NCBI RefSeq assembly: GCF_009914755.1
Contig: NC_060930.1
DNA length: 64,000 nt
Reading direction: 5' to 3' (one strand)
Source: the human T2T-CHM13v2.0 reference genome, Homo sapiens
Every line of letters begins with the position of its first letter. Within the stretch, counting starts at the first letter, position 1. The notes under the pieces were generated by a model. That model did no database searches. It saw only the letters and a list, made by a program, of their open reading frames with translations, and was not told the origin of the DNA. The translations under genes and the position numbers were made by a program. This document shows, one piece after another, positions 1-14,829 of this stretch.

Positions 1-959
1 TTCTGACAGACCATCTGCTTGTTCTATAATCTCAATCTCAGGTAAAATCTTCAAAAACATCATTCATATCTATGTAAGTGGATTGCCGTAAGAATTAGAA
101 ATTACAGGTAGTAGTAATTAGTTTTATATTAGGTACGTAGTAATGATGAAGATGTTGATAGCACAATTATCTCCTTTTGTTTTGAATCAAATATTTTTGA
201 CATTGATGTCTAATATCCAATTAGAGATTTTTGTTCCTTTGTCGTTTTGTTATATTTTTTTAGCACTCATGTTGTATGAGATCAGAGAAGAGACTTCGTA
301 ACTTTCTGGATTCACAGAACCCTCAGTCTCTCAATATTTTTTTCACACTGATTACAGGACAAAAAAAAAACCCCAAAAAGCTAACAGTTATGTTTAGTAA
401 GTAGAAAGGTCCAAACAACAATTATTTTTGTTCTAAGAACACAGTATCCATTTGAAAAAATAATAGACCTGAATTGAAAAAAATACATACTTATTTTATT
501 TTTAAATAACCAAAATTACTTACTAGTGGGATGAATGCACAAGTTGGGCACTGTACAACTTTTCAAACGTTGGAGAGTACCACCCTCATTTCCTATAGTA
601 CTTGCTATAGATCACAGCAAAAATTTAAATCCCACCTTTGTAAATATGACATTTTCAAAATGAATGTAGAAAAATCTAATGTCTAGTGGTTTGTATGATA
701 TATCTGTGGTTTCCCCTGAACATTTAAAATATCCTGTGACATCTCCATGAATTTCTTTGTTAGAAAGGTCACAGACAGGTACAGAATTACAGGGATTATA
801 TTTGCGAGTTTTTGTTTGGGGACAGGAAGGAGAGCTTAAGAATCATAGGCATGAAGTTTACTAACATAGCCAGTTTGTTTTTTAATGTATTAGCTTTGAT
901 GAACACCAATCATCCCTGCAGAGATTTGTAATATGAACATAAGAATTTCATCACCCCAC

Positions 960-2150
960 TGAGAGGTGACAAAGTGCTAGCAGCCCTCCCTCGCTCTTGC
1001 GCCTCCTCGGCCTCGGCGTTCGCTCTGGCTTCGCTCAAGGAGCCCTTCAGCCCGCTGCTGTGCTGTGGGGGCCTTTCTCAGGGGCTGGCCGAGGCCAGAG
1101 CTGGCTCTGCTCGAGGGGAGGTGTGGAGGGAGAGGCACGGGCGGGAGCTGGGGTTGCAAGCGGCACTCATGGGCCACTGCGGGTTCCAAGTGAGCGCGGG
1201 CTGGGCAAGCCCTACACTAGGAGCCACCGGCCAGCGCCTGCTGGGCTTGATCAGGGGAAGAGCTCCCTCTGGGCTGCCAGAGTGCCCGGGCTAGGTGCTG
1301 CAAAGTCCCACAGCCAGTGCCATTGAGAGGTGAAGCCGACTGGGCTTCTGGATGCAGTGGGGATGTGGAGAACTTTTCTGTCCAGCTAAAGGATTGTAAA
1401 TGCACCAATCAGCACTGTGTCTAGCAAGAGGTGTGTAAACGCACCAATCAGCACTCTGTGTCTAGCTAAAGGTTTGTAAACGCACCAATCAGCGCTCTGG
1501 GTCTAGCTAATCTGGTGGGGACTTGGAGAACTTTTGTGTCTAGCTAAATGTCGGATGGGGACTTGGAGAACTTTTGTGTCCAGCTGAAGGATTGTAAACG
1601 CACCAGTCAGCACTCTGTGTCTAGCTAAGGGTTTGTAAATGCACCAGTCAGTGCTCTGTGTCTAGCTAATCTGGTGGAGACTTGGAGAAGTTTTGTGTCT
1701 AGCTAAAGGATTATAAACGCACCAATCAGCACTCTGTCAAAACGGACCAATCAGCTCTCTGTAAAATGGACCAATCAGCAGGAGGTTGGTGGGGCCAGAT
1801 AAGGGAATAAAAGCAGGCCACCCCAGCCAGCAGCGACAGCCCACTCAGGTCCCCTTCCATGCTGCGAAAGCTTTGTTCTTTTGCTCTTGGCAATAAATCT
1901 TGCTGCTGCTCATTCTTTGGGTCCACACTGCCTTTATGAGCTGTAACACTCATTGCGAAGGTCTGCAGCTTCACTCCTGAAGTCAGCGAGACCACAAACC
2001 CACCAGAAGGAAGAAACTCCAGACACATCTGAGCATCTGAAGGAACAAACTCCAGACACACCATCTTTAAGAACTGTAACACTCACCGCAAGGGTCCGCG
2101 GCTTCATTCTTGAAGTCAGTGAGACCAAGAACCCACCAATTCAGCACACA
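960..2150 (+). mobile_element. Solo LTR12 (ERV9/HERV9 LTR, LTR12B/D-like with GC-rich 5' extension)
   Basis: Begins TGAGAGGTGAC and ends ACCCACCAATTCAGCACACA. 4-bp TSD CCAC at 956-959 and 2151-2154. Carries ~41-bp CCAAT-containing U3 repeats and U5 repeats. Clearly homologous to the two proviral LTRs in this window. Confidence 0.95.
1370..1815 (+). promoter_or_regulatory. LTR12 U3 enhancer/promoter (tandem CCAAT/NF-Y boxes, GATA site, AATAAAAG TATA-like box)
   Basis: Repeated GCACCAATCAG/GGACCAATCAG units followed by GGGCCAGATAAGGGAATAAAAGC at about 1791-1813. This matches the established ERV9 LTR promoter architecture. Activity cannot be shown from sequence. Confidence 0.75.
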
Positions 2151-3768
2151 CCACTACCATTAAATTTTTTTTGTAAAATAGAAGTAAACTTCCATCAGTT
2201 GATATATGTATGGATCTTAATTTGCCACCAAATCTAATAGGTCATTGTCTACCTTCACGCTTTATGTAGATTAAGTCAGTCATATTAAAAACCATATATA
2301 ATCACTGTATCCCATGGTTACCTGTTAATTATGGTTGAACAGCAATGGACTTAGACACGGTATCCCATTAAGTGATTTGAGGCAATGTTACCCTTCATGA
2401 GATAATGATGCTTTACACAGTATTTCTCATTATTATCCAAAAAAAGATAAAAAGACATCTTTTGACAATTTCAAGGCTGGCACTTCATATTCCTATTTTT
2501 ATGGAATTGGGATTTATAAGATACTGTAGTTTTCTTTATGTTCTGTTTGCTTTTCTGAGATTGTGAACAATAATGCAGAAATGTATCTCCTGGGGTGTCT
2601 CTGGGGAATTCCTTGCATACTTGTTAAGAGAGGACTGCAGGCTGGGATCATCTTACAGTTGTTAAGAGTGAAGCGTGTGAGCTATCAAGCACTACACTTC
2701 TGAGACATGGAGAAGATTCTCTCAGGCCACCAGTGTGTTTGGAATAGTTCATTAGTAGACACTATTCTCAGGTAAATTCACAAAGAAGCTTCTTTTTCCC
2801 CAACTTGCTGATCCCTAGCTATATAACTGCCAGCACTGTGATTTTTGCTAATTTCTCTAGAATGCGTTATTTACCTCCATGTGGCCCCTTCAGCAAGGTA
2901 AAAATCTAGTGGGAGAGCTTCCAAACTAACTTACAATGTTACTTTGTAGCATCAGTGGGCTTTTTAAATTTTAAATTTAATTTTTTTAACTGAAATACTA
3001 AAGAATCAGTCCCACAGATAAAAGGACAGCAACTCTAAAAAAAGTAAAATTTACTGCCTTGTGAAAAATAAAGAACAAGACAAATACATAATTAATAAAC
3101 TATGAAAACATTTGCCCTAAATGATATAAAAACATTGTGTACTTTTACATGTTAAATTATTTTTCAGTATAGTTTAAAAATGAACATGATAAATATCTCA
3201 AAAGATGTTTCAGTTATTCTTAAAGGTCTCTTGCTTAGGGTTTCATTCTTAAATCTGTATCTTAGATTCTAACAGTTGATTTTCCACATGATGGTCATTA
3301 TCAGCACCAGAGTTTTTGAATGCTCCTAAATGCAGTGCTTTGAACATTTTATTTCATACAATATTTTCATTTGATATGAAATAACTGTTCTGTAGTATTA
3401 ATTATATGACTATACTTATTTTATCTAGATGAAATCTTCACTATAAAGCAATGTGTGTGCCATAGGTGCAGCCCTACCTCGGTCACATTGCTTAGATCAT
3501 AATACATGTCTCTCACATTATAGCTCTCCTTTCTCTCCCCAAACAAAAACTCACAAATAAAATCCCCGTAAATCTGTACCTATCTGTGACCTTTCTCAAC
3601 AAGGTACACTTTCATATTTACAAAGACTTAATATATATTTTGTATAACCCCAGATTATTTTGTCACCCTTTTCATGTACCCTCCTCACATCCACAGGACT
3701 CTCTACTCTCTTAAAAATTATGTAAGTTTCTAGCTGCATAAAGAGGAGCAAAATTCCATCCTAGATGG

Positions 3769-4584
3769 TGAAGCAGGATATTTCCCTGACCCCGTCATGG
3801 GTGGGAAATGGAGTGCATGGGCATTGGCAGGGGCGAACTCCACTTATTCACTGCTCCACCCCTTGTGGTGGGGGGGCACAGGTGAGACTGTGCAGGAGCC
3901 AGGGTGAGCACTTTTGAGCCCCGACAAGAGTGAATTTCATACCAGCCCTGTGGCAGTGTCTAGGGGAGGGTAGCTGTGACCCCTGAATCACCAGAGGAAG
4001 TGTAACAGTGCCCTCTTAGCTTTGCCATCTGTGGACAGCTTAAATGTTAACAGCCCAGTGGAGGATCAGTATGACACCTTTTTGCACCCACACTCATGGC
4101 ACCTGAGTTCTTGTCCAGCATCCAGTGAGAGTGAGGTTGCACGACTGAACTGAAGATAGTAAATGTGGGGAATTTTATTGCCAGTGAACATGGCTCTCAG
4201 TGGGAAGGGGAGTTGAAAAGGGGACAGCTAGGGAAGGTAATCTTTCCCTGGAGTCCGGCCATCCCTGGCAGGACTCCTCTCCCAAACTTCACCATCAAGC
4301 TGTCCCTCTGAAGTCAAGCTGCTTCTCTCTTACGTCCAACCATAGTCTCTGATGTCAGGCTGCTTCTCCTCTCTGCTGGCTGAGTTCTGGGGTTTTGATG
4401 GGCACAAGATGGGGGGTGGGGTGGGCCATGGGTGGTTTTGGAAAAGGCAACATTGAAGTTGAAAAACAGGGATGTAAGTTCTCACTTTGGGCTGTGGTTC
4501 CAGGCTTTTCAGCTTGAGGGTGGGGGCTCTTGCTGGGGACTCTTCCTCTTCTGCCCAGAATTTCCCTGCCTTCTGTCCCTACCA
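3769..4584 (-). mobile_element. Solo ERV1 LTR, MER50-like (MER50/MER52 group)
   Basis: Minus strand starts TGGTAGGGACAGAAGGCAGGGAAATTCTGGGCAGAAGAGG, resembling the MER50 consensus. TG...CA termini. Near-TSD ATGG/ATGA. Confidence 0.75.
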
Positions 4585-5431
4585 ATGATATACTAGTCTA
4601 TATAATAGAAAAGGCAGATACAATATAAAAACAACAAAAATTGTACACAGTAAAGCAAACAAACATACAAAAATATATGTGCTATGAAGAAAAAACATTT
4701 GGTTACAATGATAAAGGTTCTATTGAACAGTTGTGTCAAGAAAGTTTTCTTGGAAAAACATTGGAAACACAGGGAAAGGCAGAAAATAATAAAGAGGTGA
4801 GAGAAAGCAAGGGGAGGAGGGAAAGGGGAAATCAGGAATTGACAACAAACTGAACAAATCTATGGTGGCATGGAAGCTGCTTTATTTATTTATGAAACTT
4901 AAAGCAGTTTGGTGTGGCTGATCTCTAAACTCAACTGTGGGAATGTTTATGTGATGCGGTGGGGGTGGGTTAAAATAAGGAGGTTCCTGTTGGAGCAAAG
5001 CTGGAGAGGTAAGCCGAGGCCAGTTCACTGAAGACTTTTAATCAAGTAAGGAACCTGAGTATGTTTGGGATTTGGTTAATTATTCTAATAGCTTTGGTCA
5101 GGGCTGGGAATTGAGGCAAAAAAATCAGATGGGAGATTAGAGATTATTATAACCATAGGTGTTCCCATGAGACATATTCCAGCTACTTAACAATTGCATG
5201 GTGTGGGGCAGGTTACTCAATTTTTCTAAGCCTTAAAATTGGGAAGGTAAGGACAACTGGCAGGCATTGGGAAAGTTTAAAAGAGATAATGCATAAGCAT
5301 TTATTAACTCAAGGCATGTCACATAATAAGCACCTAGGAAGAGAAAGAAGATGATAAAACCTGTTTAGAGGTAGATTATTTAAGTTATGGTGATTGGTTA
5401 GATATAGGCAGTGAAAGATAAGAATCTAGAA

Positions 5432-5654
5432 CAGAGATCAAAAATTATACACTGTGTGCCAACTCTGCCATCTCCCCATTTTTGTGAATAAAGGTTTATT
5501 GTAGGAACACAGTCATGGTCATTTATTTACACGTTGTGTGCAGCTAATTTCTCACTACAATGGCAGAATTGAGAAATCATGATGGAGACATTATAGCTCT
5601 CAAAGCAGAAAATATTTACTCTCTAGCCTTTGCAGAAAATGTTTGTTAATCCTG
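5432..5654 (+). mobile_element. MER58A (hAT-Charlie DNA transposon fossil)
   Basis: Internal sequence TTTTGTGAATAAAGGTTTATTG...GAACACAG...AAAATATTTACT...GAAAATGTTTG. 8-bp hAT-type TSD ATCTAGAA/CTCTAGAA. Confidence 0.8.
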
Positions 5655-6559
5655 CTCTAGAATTGCCATGTATCATATTGACAAATATTTTACAGTTACA
5701 AACTCAGTGTTCTCAATGATGATCTCTGAGATCAGCACACTCATCTTTCCACAATGCCAACTGGCCTTTATCCACATTTAACAAGTCTCCATAATCACTT
5801 AAAGTCCCCAAAATAACTTTATCTGTTGTCCTCCAATCTCATTTTTTCAAGAAATAATTGTGACTTAGAGGTTTTTGATTAGGCTTCTGTGACCAAACAA
5901 ACACTTCAATTGGTCAGTCGTAATACTTTAATTCTGCCCCTGAGGGGTAATAAATAAATTAAGTTGACAAATTTCTCCAACCCAAAATGAAACAAACTTG
6001 AATATGCAAGTGTGGGTAGGCACACTTTGTAGACTGCAGACTTCAGACTTAAAGGTCAGAGGTGGGAAGGAGGGAGAGAAAGAAAGAAGGAATGGGGAGG
6101 AGACGGGGAAATCATGGTGAGTGAGAGAGAGAGAGGTGGGAGTGAGAAAGGAAACCTGGTGACCATAATGAGAAGACTGGAGGAAAAGCAGAGAAAAGGG
6201 AAAACATAGGCACTGGAAAGGGACATGGGGTAGAAGGCTTACCTACTTCACAGACTTCCCCTTACCTTGGATTGCAACCTTCTCTGTTAAAATGCTCATT
6301 TCATAGTCACAAGTACTCCATGGTTGAAAGATGAACTGACATGTATTCTCAGTCACCTGTGAATAACTAGTATTTACTTTTCAAAGAAATTTCTAATGAT
6401 CCAATTTATGTAATGCTCAATTAGGAAATTTTAGAACCCATGTCAGTAAAATTGGAGTCATCCTAGTTCTCAGAATTCTATCACATCCCTAGGCCAACAT
6501 TCGGTCTGACTAATGCAGTACAGCATTTTCTAATGAAGGGAGATAGTAATGCCAAGGGA

Positions 6560-6790
6560 GTGTGGCATGATGGCCTTTGGAGTCAGAGAAAGTTGAGTTT
6601 CTGTCTAGATCCACCACTTATGAGTTGTATTAGCTTAAGTAAATTACTCAAATTCTCTAAGCTGCAGCATTTTTACCTATAAGATGATGATAAAAATACC
6701 TCCAAAAGTGATTATGAGGCAAAAAAAAAGATTGCATATAGAAAGCAAATAGATGGGTGTCTAGCAAGTAGTCTATGTTGAATAAGTTGT
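6560..6790 (+). mobile_element. MIR SINE (degenerate)
   Basis: Core-like text GCCTTTGGAGTCAGA...CCACTTATGAG...TTACTCAAATTCTCTAAGCTGCAG...ATAATACCT. Boundaries approximate. Confidence 0.55.
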
Positions 6791-7936
6791 AAGTATCACT
6801 ATCATTGTTGCAATTATTGTTACTAACAATAATGGCTGAATGTCTAATAGAAGAAAGTCTAACAATTCACCTCAAGAGATTTCCATATGCTTGAGTTTGG
6901 GAAACCTCAGTGATCAACATTTTGGAACAGAAAGGACATGCATTATTTTATGTTCTGCTGGAAACAACAATGCCCTTTCCATCTATGGTTGATTGCAACA
7001 TCAGAAACTTTAATTTTTCTAAACCTGTCTCAATTTTCTTATAAAAAGCAAAGCTGACTGACAAATGGTCAATTTAGAATATATGGTAAGCACCCCAAGG
7101 AAATATATAATCTTGAAAGGTATAGTACATTGATAAGAAATAAAAAGTTCTGGTGCACGGGAAGGATAGGAGTTTCAGATGACCAGAAAAGCAGAATTTT
7201 CTTCCCTTTGCAGATCTTCTCATTTAAGCAGTCTGCATGACTTCCTAGAAATTTACACCTCTGTAGCGATACAGCAAATCGAAAAGTGTTAGTTTCCAAA
7301 TCTGTTCCCCTCTGAAGAACTCTCCTGCTGGGCTTAAACTGACTGTTCATTTTAGGCCTCATTTACTATTTAGTCTTCAGAGATGTTTTCAATATGAACA
7401 AGAGAAATGTTGCTTTAATTTTACATGTTCTTATCCTATCATGAATAAATCAAAACTTTGAAATCTGCAGAATTCGGAAACTGAATAAACACATTTACAG
7501 AGATTGAGCATTCATGTTCAGGTTTAATAGTTTAGTTCAATAGAATGATAAACTCACTTCCAAATATCCCCATGAGATATTTTATCATTGCAAAGTATTA
7601 AAATCCATTAGTTCCACCTCACCAAATCCTTACTATGTTATTAACCCTACTCTCCTTAAGGCAGATTTGATGTACCCAAAATTAGTAATTATCCCCAAAT
7701 TTTGGCAAGTTAGTCAAAGAAAGGAAATTAAAAAATCAGAGTCCTTGATTCCCAGGTGGTTGATTAGCTCCTAAGGCAGAATTACCTCTGATAGATCACT
7801 GTTCAAACTTAGAAACTTATTATTTAAAGAACATACAAAATCATACAAATAAAATTAACAAGGCAAAATTGAATATGTTTTTAACAAAATAAAGCATTTT
7901 TGGGGCTACAGGCTTTTACTGAATCAAAGGTAGGTT

Positions 7937-9553
<1,617 letters not shown>

Positions 9554-9556
9554 TTT

Positions 9557-9574
9557 TGGCAACCACGAAGGGAC
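9557..9574 (+). other. Primer-binding site, tRNA-Arg type
   Basis: TGGCAACCACGAAGGGAC, 3 nt after the LTR end. Complementary to a tRNA-Arg 3' end apart from one CpG-type change. Confidence 0.8.
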
Positions 9575-9690
9575 TATCACCTATCGCCAAGCAGTGAGAC
9601 TATCGCCAAGCAGTGAGACTATCGCCAAGTGGTGAAACCATCACCTATCTCCAAGCGGTGAGACTATCACCTATTGCCAAGCAGTGAGTA
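9573..9690 (+). repeat. HERV9 leader tandem repeats (19-26 bp units)
   Basis: About 5 copies of (ACTATCACC)TATCGCCAAGCAGTGAG. Confidence 0.85.
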
Positions 9691-10899
9691 CCATCAGACC
9701 CTTATCACTTGCTGTTCTGTCCTATTTTTCCTTAGGATTCAGGGGCTAAATACTGGGCTCCTGCCAGCCAGTTAAAAGCGACTAGCATGGTCGCTGGACT
9801 AAAGACATGAGTTTCAGGCTTTCTGAGAAAGGGCTCTCTAACAACCCCCAACTCTTCAGATTTGGGAGCGTTGGTTTGCCTGGAACCAGCTTCTGCTTTT
9901 CCTGTACTTCTGGGCTGAGCCGAGGGTCAACAGAGAGGAAAGCCATTCAGCCCCGGGGTGCCGACAAGTTGTTGATCCTGTGACCATGAGCAGAACTCTC
10001 AAAGGCATGTCGCCCAAGTGAGACCTGCCCATCTATCCTATCTATCCTGACTCTTGCCTCCTGGGTCCTAATGCCTGTCAGACAAACTTCCTCTCACCTC
10101 TCTTCTCTGAGGCTAGTCCTGCTTCTAAAAATCATTCCCTGTCTCTGGTGCTTTTCTAGTTTCTCCTATGAGAATGATTTCTAATATAAAATCCAGGACT
10201 CTGTTACCTTCTTTAGGCACCCGGGCTCACTAGTCAGAAAGACATAATTTTTGCCCAAAGCCCCGTCATAGGGGGTACTATCTGGAATTTCAGGATCCCT
10301 CCTCAGTCTAGCAGTCCTAACCAAAGCTATTCCTGCAGCTAGGATATGGGGAGCCTCAGAAATTGTATCCTTCCTATTCATATAAATGAGGATAAAAGGT
10401 GTCACTCTTCCAACTCTGGAGATCCCTCCCCTCCCTCAGGATATGGCCCTCCACTTCGTTTTTGGGGCATAACATCTTTGTAGGACAGGGGTAAGGTCCC
10501 AATACTAACAGGAGAATGCTTAGGACTCTAACAGTTTTTTGAGAATGCATCAGTAAGGGCCACTAAACTCGATTTTTCTCTTTCCTCTTTGTGGTCTAGG
10601 AGGCCAGGTGAGGGTGCAGGTTTTCGAGAATCCATTGCTAAAGGCCATTAAATCCGACCTTCCTCGGTCCTCCCTGTGGTCTGGGAGGAAAACTAGTGTT
10701 TCTGCTGCTGCGTTGGTGAGCACAACTATTCTGATCAGCAGGGTTCAGGGACCATTGTGGGCTCTTGGGCAGGGGTTGTTTCTGCTGCTGCGCCGGTGAG
10801 TGCAACTATTCTGATCAGTAGGGTCCAGGGACTGTTGTGGGTTCTTGGGCAGGAGAAGAAACACAACAAATCAAAACTGTGGGTGGTTTTGACTTTCAG

Positions 10900-12358
10900 G
10901 TGGGAAACACTCAGCCATCAACAGGCTCACCCTTGAAATGTATCCTAAGACATTGGGACCAATTTGACCCACAAACCCTGAAAAAGAGGCAGCTCATTTT
11001 TTTCTGCACTACAGCCTGGCCCCATTATTCTCTCTCTGATGGGGAAAAATGGCCACCTGAGGGAAGTATAAATTACAATACTATCCTGCAGCTTGACCTT
11101 TTCTGTAAGAGGGAAGGCAAATGGAGTTAAATACTTTATGTCCAAGTTTTCTTTTCATTGAAGGAGAATACACAACTATGCAAAGCTTGAATTTACATCC
11201 CACAGGAGGACCTCTCAGCTTACCCCCATATCCTAGCCTCCCTATAGCTCCCCTTCCTATTAATGATAATCCTCCTCTAATCTCCCCTGCCCAGAAGGAA
11301 ATAAGAAAAGAAATCTCCAAAGGAACACAAATCCCCCTGGGCTATCGGTTATGTCCCCTTCAAGCTGTAGGGGGAGGGGAATTTGGCCCAACCAAGATAC
11401 ATGTCCCCTTCTCCCTCTCTGATTTAAAGCAGATCAAAGCAGACCTGGGGAAGTTTTCAGATGATCCTGATAGGTACATAGATGTCCTACAGGGTCTAGG
11501 GAAAACCTTTGACCTCACTTGGAGAGATGTCATGCTACTGTTAGATCAAACCCTGGCCTTTAATGAAAAGAATGCGGCTTTAGCTGCAGCCTCAGAGTTT
11601 GGAGGTATCTGGTATCTTAGTCAAGTAAATGATAGAATGACAGCTGAAGAAAGGGACCAATTCCCTACTGGTCAGCAAGCCATCCCCAGTATGGATCCCC
11701 ACTGGGACCTTGACTCAGATCATGGGGACTGGAGTCATAAACATCTGTTGACTTGTGTTCTAGAAGGACTAAGGGGAATTAGGAAAAAGCCCATGAATTA
11801 TTCAATGATGTCCACCATAATTCAGGGAAAGGAAGAAAATCCTTCTGCCTTCCTCCAGCAGCTATGGAAGTCCTTAAGAAAATATACTCCCCCGTCATCC
11901 AAATCACTCTAGGGTCAATTGATTCTAAAAGATAAGTTTATTACCCAATCAGCTGCAGATATCAGGAGAAAGCTCCAAAAGAAAGCCCTGGGCCCTGAAC
12001 AAAATCTGGAGGCATTATTAAACCTGGCAACCTCAGTGTTCTATAATAGGGACCAAGAGGAACAGGCCCAAAGGAAAAGCGAGATCAGAGAAAGGCTGCA
12101 GCTTTAGCCATGGCCCTCAGACAAACAAACCTTGGTGGTTCAGAGAGGACAGAAAATGGAGCAAGCCAATCACCTGGTAGGGCTTGTTATCAGTGTGGTT
12201 TACAAGGACATTTTAAAAAAGATTGTCCAATGAGAAACAAGCCGCCCCCTTGTCCATGTCCGCTATGCCGAGGCAATCACTGGAAGTTGCACTTCCCCAG
12301 AGGACAAAGTTTCTCTGGGTCAGGAGCCCCCAACCAGATGATCCAGTGACAGGACTGA
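10900..12358 (+). pseudogene. gag: HERV9 gag, disrupted
   Basis: Start codon reads GTG (GTG GGA AAC). MA text [12 protein letters not shown]...[21 protein letters not shown] text FSLSDLKQIK..FSDDPDRY, MHR QGKEENPSAFL, zinc knuckle CYQCGLQGHFKKDC. Several frameshifts (ORF pieces 10837, 11121, 11919, 12110). Confidence 0.93.
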
Positions 12359-14520
12359 AGGTGCCTGGGGCAAGTGTCAGCTCATGTCATCACCCTCACT
12401 GAGCCTCGGGTACGTTTAATCATTGAGGGCCAGGAAATTGACTTCCTCCTGGCAGCCTTCTCAGTGTTAATCTCCTGTCCTGGATGACTGTCTTCAAGGT
12501 CCATTACCATCTGAGGAATCCTGGGACAGCCTGTAACCAGGTATTTCTCCCACCTCCTCAGTTGTAATTGGGAGACTTTCTCTTTTCACATGCTTTTCTT
12601 GTTATGCCTGATAGTCCCACACCCTTATTAGGGAGGGATATATTAGCCAAACCTGGAGCTATCATCTACATGAACGTTGTGAACAAGTTATCCATTTGTT
12701 CCTCCCTACTTGAAGAGGGAATCAACCCTGAAGTCTGGGCATTGGAAAGACAATTTGGAAGGGCAAAAAATGCCTGCCCAGTACAAATCAGGCTAAAAGA
12801 CCCCACCACTTTTCCTTATCAAAAGCAATATCCATTAAGGCCTGAAGCTCACAAAGGATTATAGGATATTGTTAAACATTTAAAAGCTCAAGGCTTAGTA
12901 AGGAAATGCAGCAGTCCCTGCAACACCACAATTCTAGGAGTACAAAAACTGAATGGTCAGTGGAGACTAGTGCAAGATCTTAGACTTATCAATGAGGCAG
13001 TAATTCCTCTATATCCAGTTGTACCAAACCCCTATATCCTGCTCTCTCAAATACCAGAGGAAGCAGAACGATTCATGGTTCTGGACCTCAAGGATGCCTT
13101 CTTCTATATTCCCCTGTACTCTGACTCTCAGTTTCTCTTTACCTTTGAGGATCCCACAGACCACACGTCCCAACTTACATGGATGGCCTTGTCCCAGGGT
13201 TTAGGGATAGCGCTCACCTGTTTGATCAGGCACTGGCCCAAGATCTAGGCCATTTCTCAAGTCCAGGCACTCTGGTCCTTCAGTATGTGGTTGATTTACT
13301 TTTGGCTACCAGTTCAGAAGCCTTATGGCAGCAGGCTACTCTAGGTCTCTTGAACTTTCTAGCTAATCAAGGGTACAAGGTGTCTAAGTCAAAGGCCCAG
13401 TTTTGCCCACAGCAGGTCAAATATCTAGGCCTAATCTTAGCCAGAGGGACCAGGGCCCTCAGCAAGGAACGAATACAGCCTATACTGGCTTATCCTCACC
13501 CTAAGACCTTAAAACAGTTGTGGGGGTTCCTTGGAATCACTGGCTTTTGCTGACTATGGATCCCCAGATACAGTGAGATAGCCAGGCCCCTCTATACTCT
13601 AATCAAGGAGACCCAGAGAGCAAATACTCATCTAGTAGAATGGGAACCAGAGGCAGAAACAGCCTTCAAAACCTTAAAGCAGGCCTTAGTACAAGCTGCA
13701 GCTTTAACCCTTCCCACAGGACAAAACTTCTCCTTATATGTCACAGACAGAGCAGAGATAGCTCTTGGAGTCCTTATTCAGACTTGTGGGACAACCCCAC
13801 AACCTGTGGCATACCTAAGTAAGGAAATGGATGTAGTATCAAAAGGCTGGCCTCAGTGTTTACGGGTAGTTGCAGTGGTGGCTGTCTTAGTGTTAGAGGC
13901 TATCAAAATAATACAAGGAAAGGATCTCACTGGCTGGACTACTCATGATGTAAATGGCATACTAGGTGCCAAATGAAGTTTATGGCTATCAGACAACCAT
14001 CTACTTGGATACCAGGTGCTACTCCTTGAGGGACTGGTGCTTCAGATATGTACATGTGTGGCCCTCAACCCTGCCACTTTTTCTCCCAGAGGATGGGAAA
14101 CCAATTGAGCACGACTGCCAACAAATTATAGTCCAGACTTATGCCACCCGAGATGATCTCTTAGAAGTCCCCTTAGCTAATCCTGACCTTAATCTATATA
14201 CCGATGGAAGTTCATTTGTGGAGAATGGGATATGAAGGGAACATTATGCCATAGTTAGTGATGTAACCGTACTTTCCCAGTTAGCAGAATTTGTGGCACT
14301 TACCCAAGCCTTAGAACTGGGAAAGGGAAAAAGAATAAATGTGTATACAGATAGAAAGTATGCTTATCTAATCCTATATGCCCATGTTGCAATATGGAAA
14401 GAAAGGGAGTTCCTAATGTCTGGGGGAACTCCCATTAAATACCACAAAGAAATTATACAGTTATTGCACGCAGTGCAAAAACCAAAGGAGGTAGCAGTCT
14501 TACACTGCTGAAGCCATCGA
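12359..14520 (+). pseudogene. pol: HERV9 pro-pol (protease, RT, RNase H), disrupted, no integrase
   Basis: PTPLLGRDIL (protease), QDLRLINEAV, VLDLKDAFF, QYVVD (YxDD mutated), VKYLG, YTDGSSF, VYTD. Multiple stops and frameshifts. Ends in a GA-rich tract. Confidence 0.93.
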
Positions 14521-14800
14521 AAAGGGGAAGGAGAGGGGAGAACAGCAGCATAAGCAGCTGGCAGAGGCAGCAGAAAGGAAAGAGAGAAAGAGACAGGAAG
14601 TCAGAGAAAGAGAGAAAGAGAAAGAGACAGAGAGACAGTCAAAGAAGGAAAGAGAAGAAGAGACAAAGATGGAGTCAGAGAGAAAGAGAGAGACAGAAAA
14701 AGAAGGTAAAAGAGAGAGAGGAAGAGACAGACAAAGAGAGAGTCAGAAAGAGAGAGACAAAGAAAAAGTCAAAGAGAAAGAGTGGTAGTAAAGAAAAAAC
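14521..14800 (+). repeat. Purine-rich (GA) low-complexity tract inside HERV9
   Basis: Imperfect AGAGAAAGAGAC repeats sit where integrase would be expected. Confidence 0.85.
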
Positions 14801-14829
14801 AGTGTACCCTATTCCTTTAAAAGCCAGGG

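Noticed and set aside
1370-1780. Regularly spaced ~41-bp repeats in the LTRs, and leader repeats at 9573-9690, resembling a CRISPR array
   Set aside because: Tandem units without unique spacers, inside a recognisable ERV9 LTR or leader in primate DNA. No cas genes.
7069-7362. 97-aa ATG-initiated ORF in unique sequence
   Set aside because: No recognisable domain or exon structure, and the length is compatible with chance.
11121-11912. 263-aa Gag capsid ORF as a possible domesticated gene
   Set aside because: It starts at an out-of-frame ATG, is bounded by frameshifts, and the authentic start is mutated. An open stretch of this length is expected in a provirus of this age.
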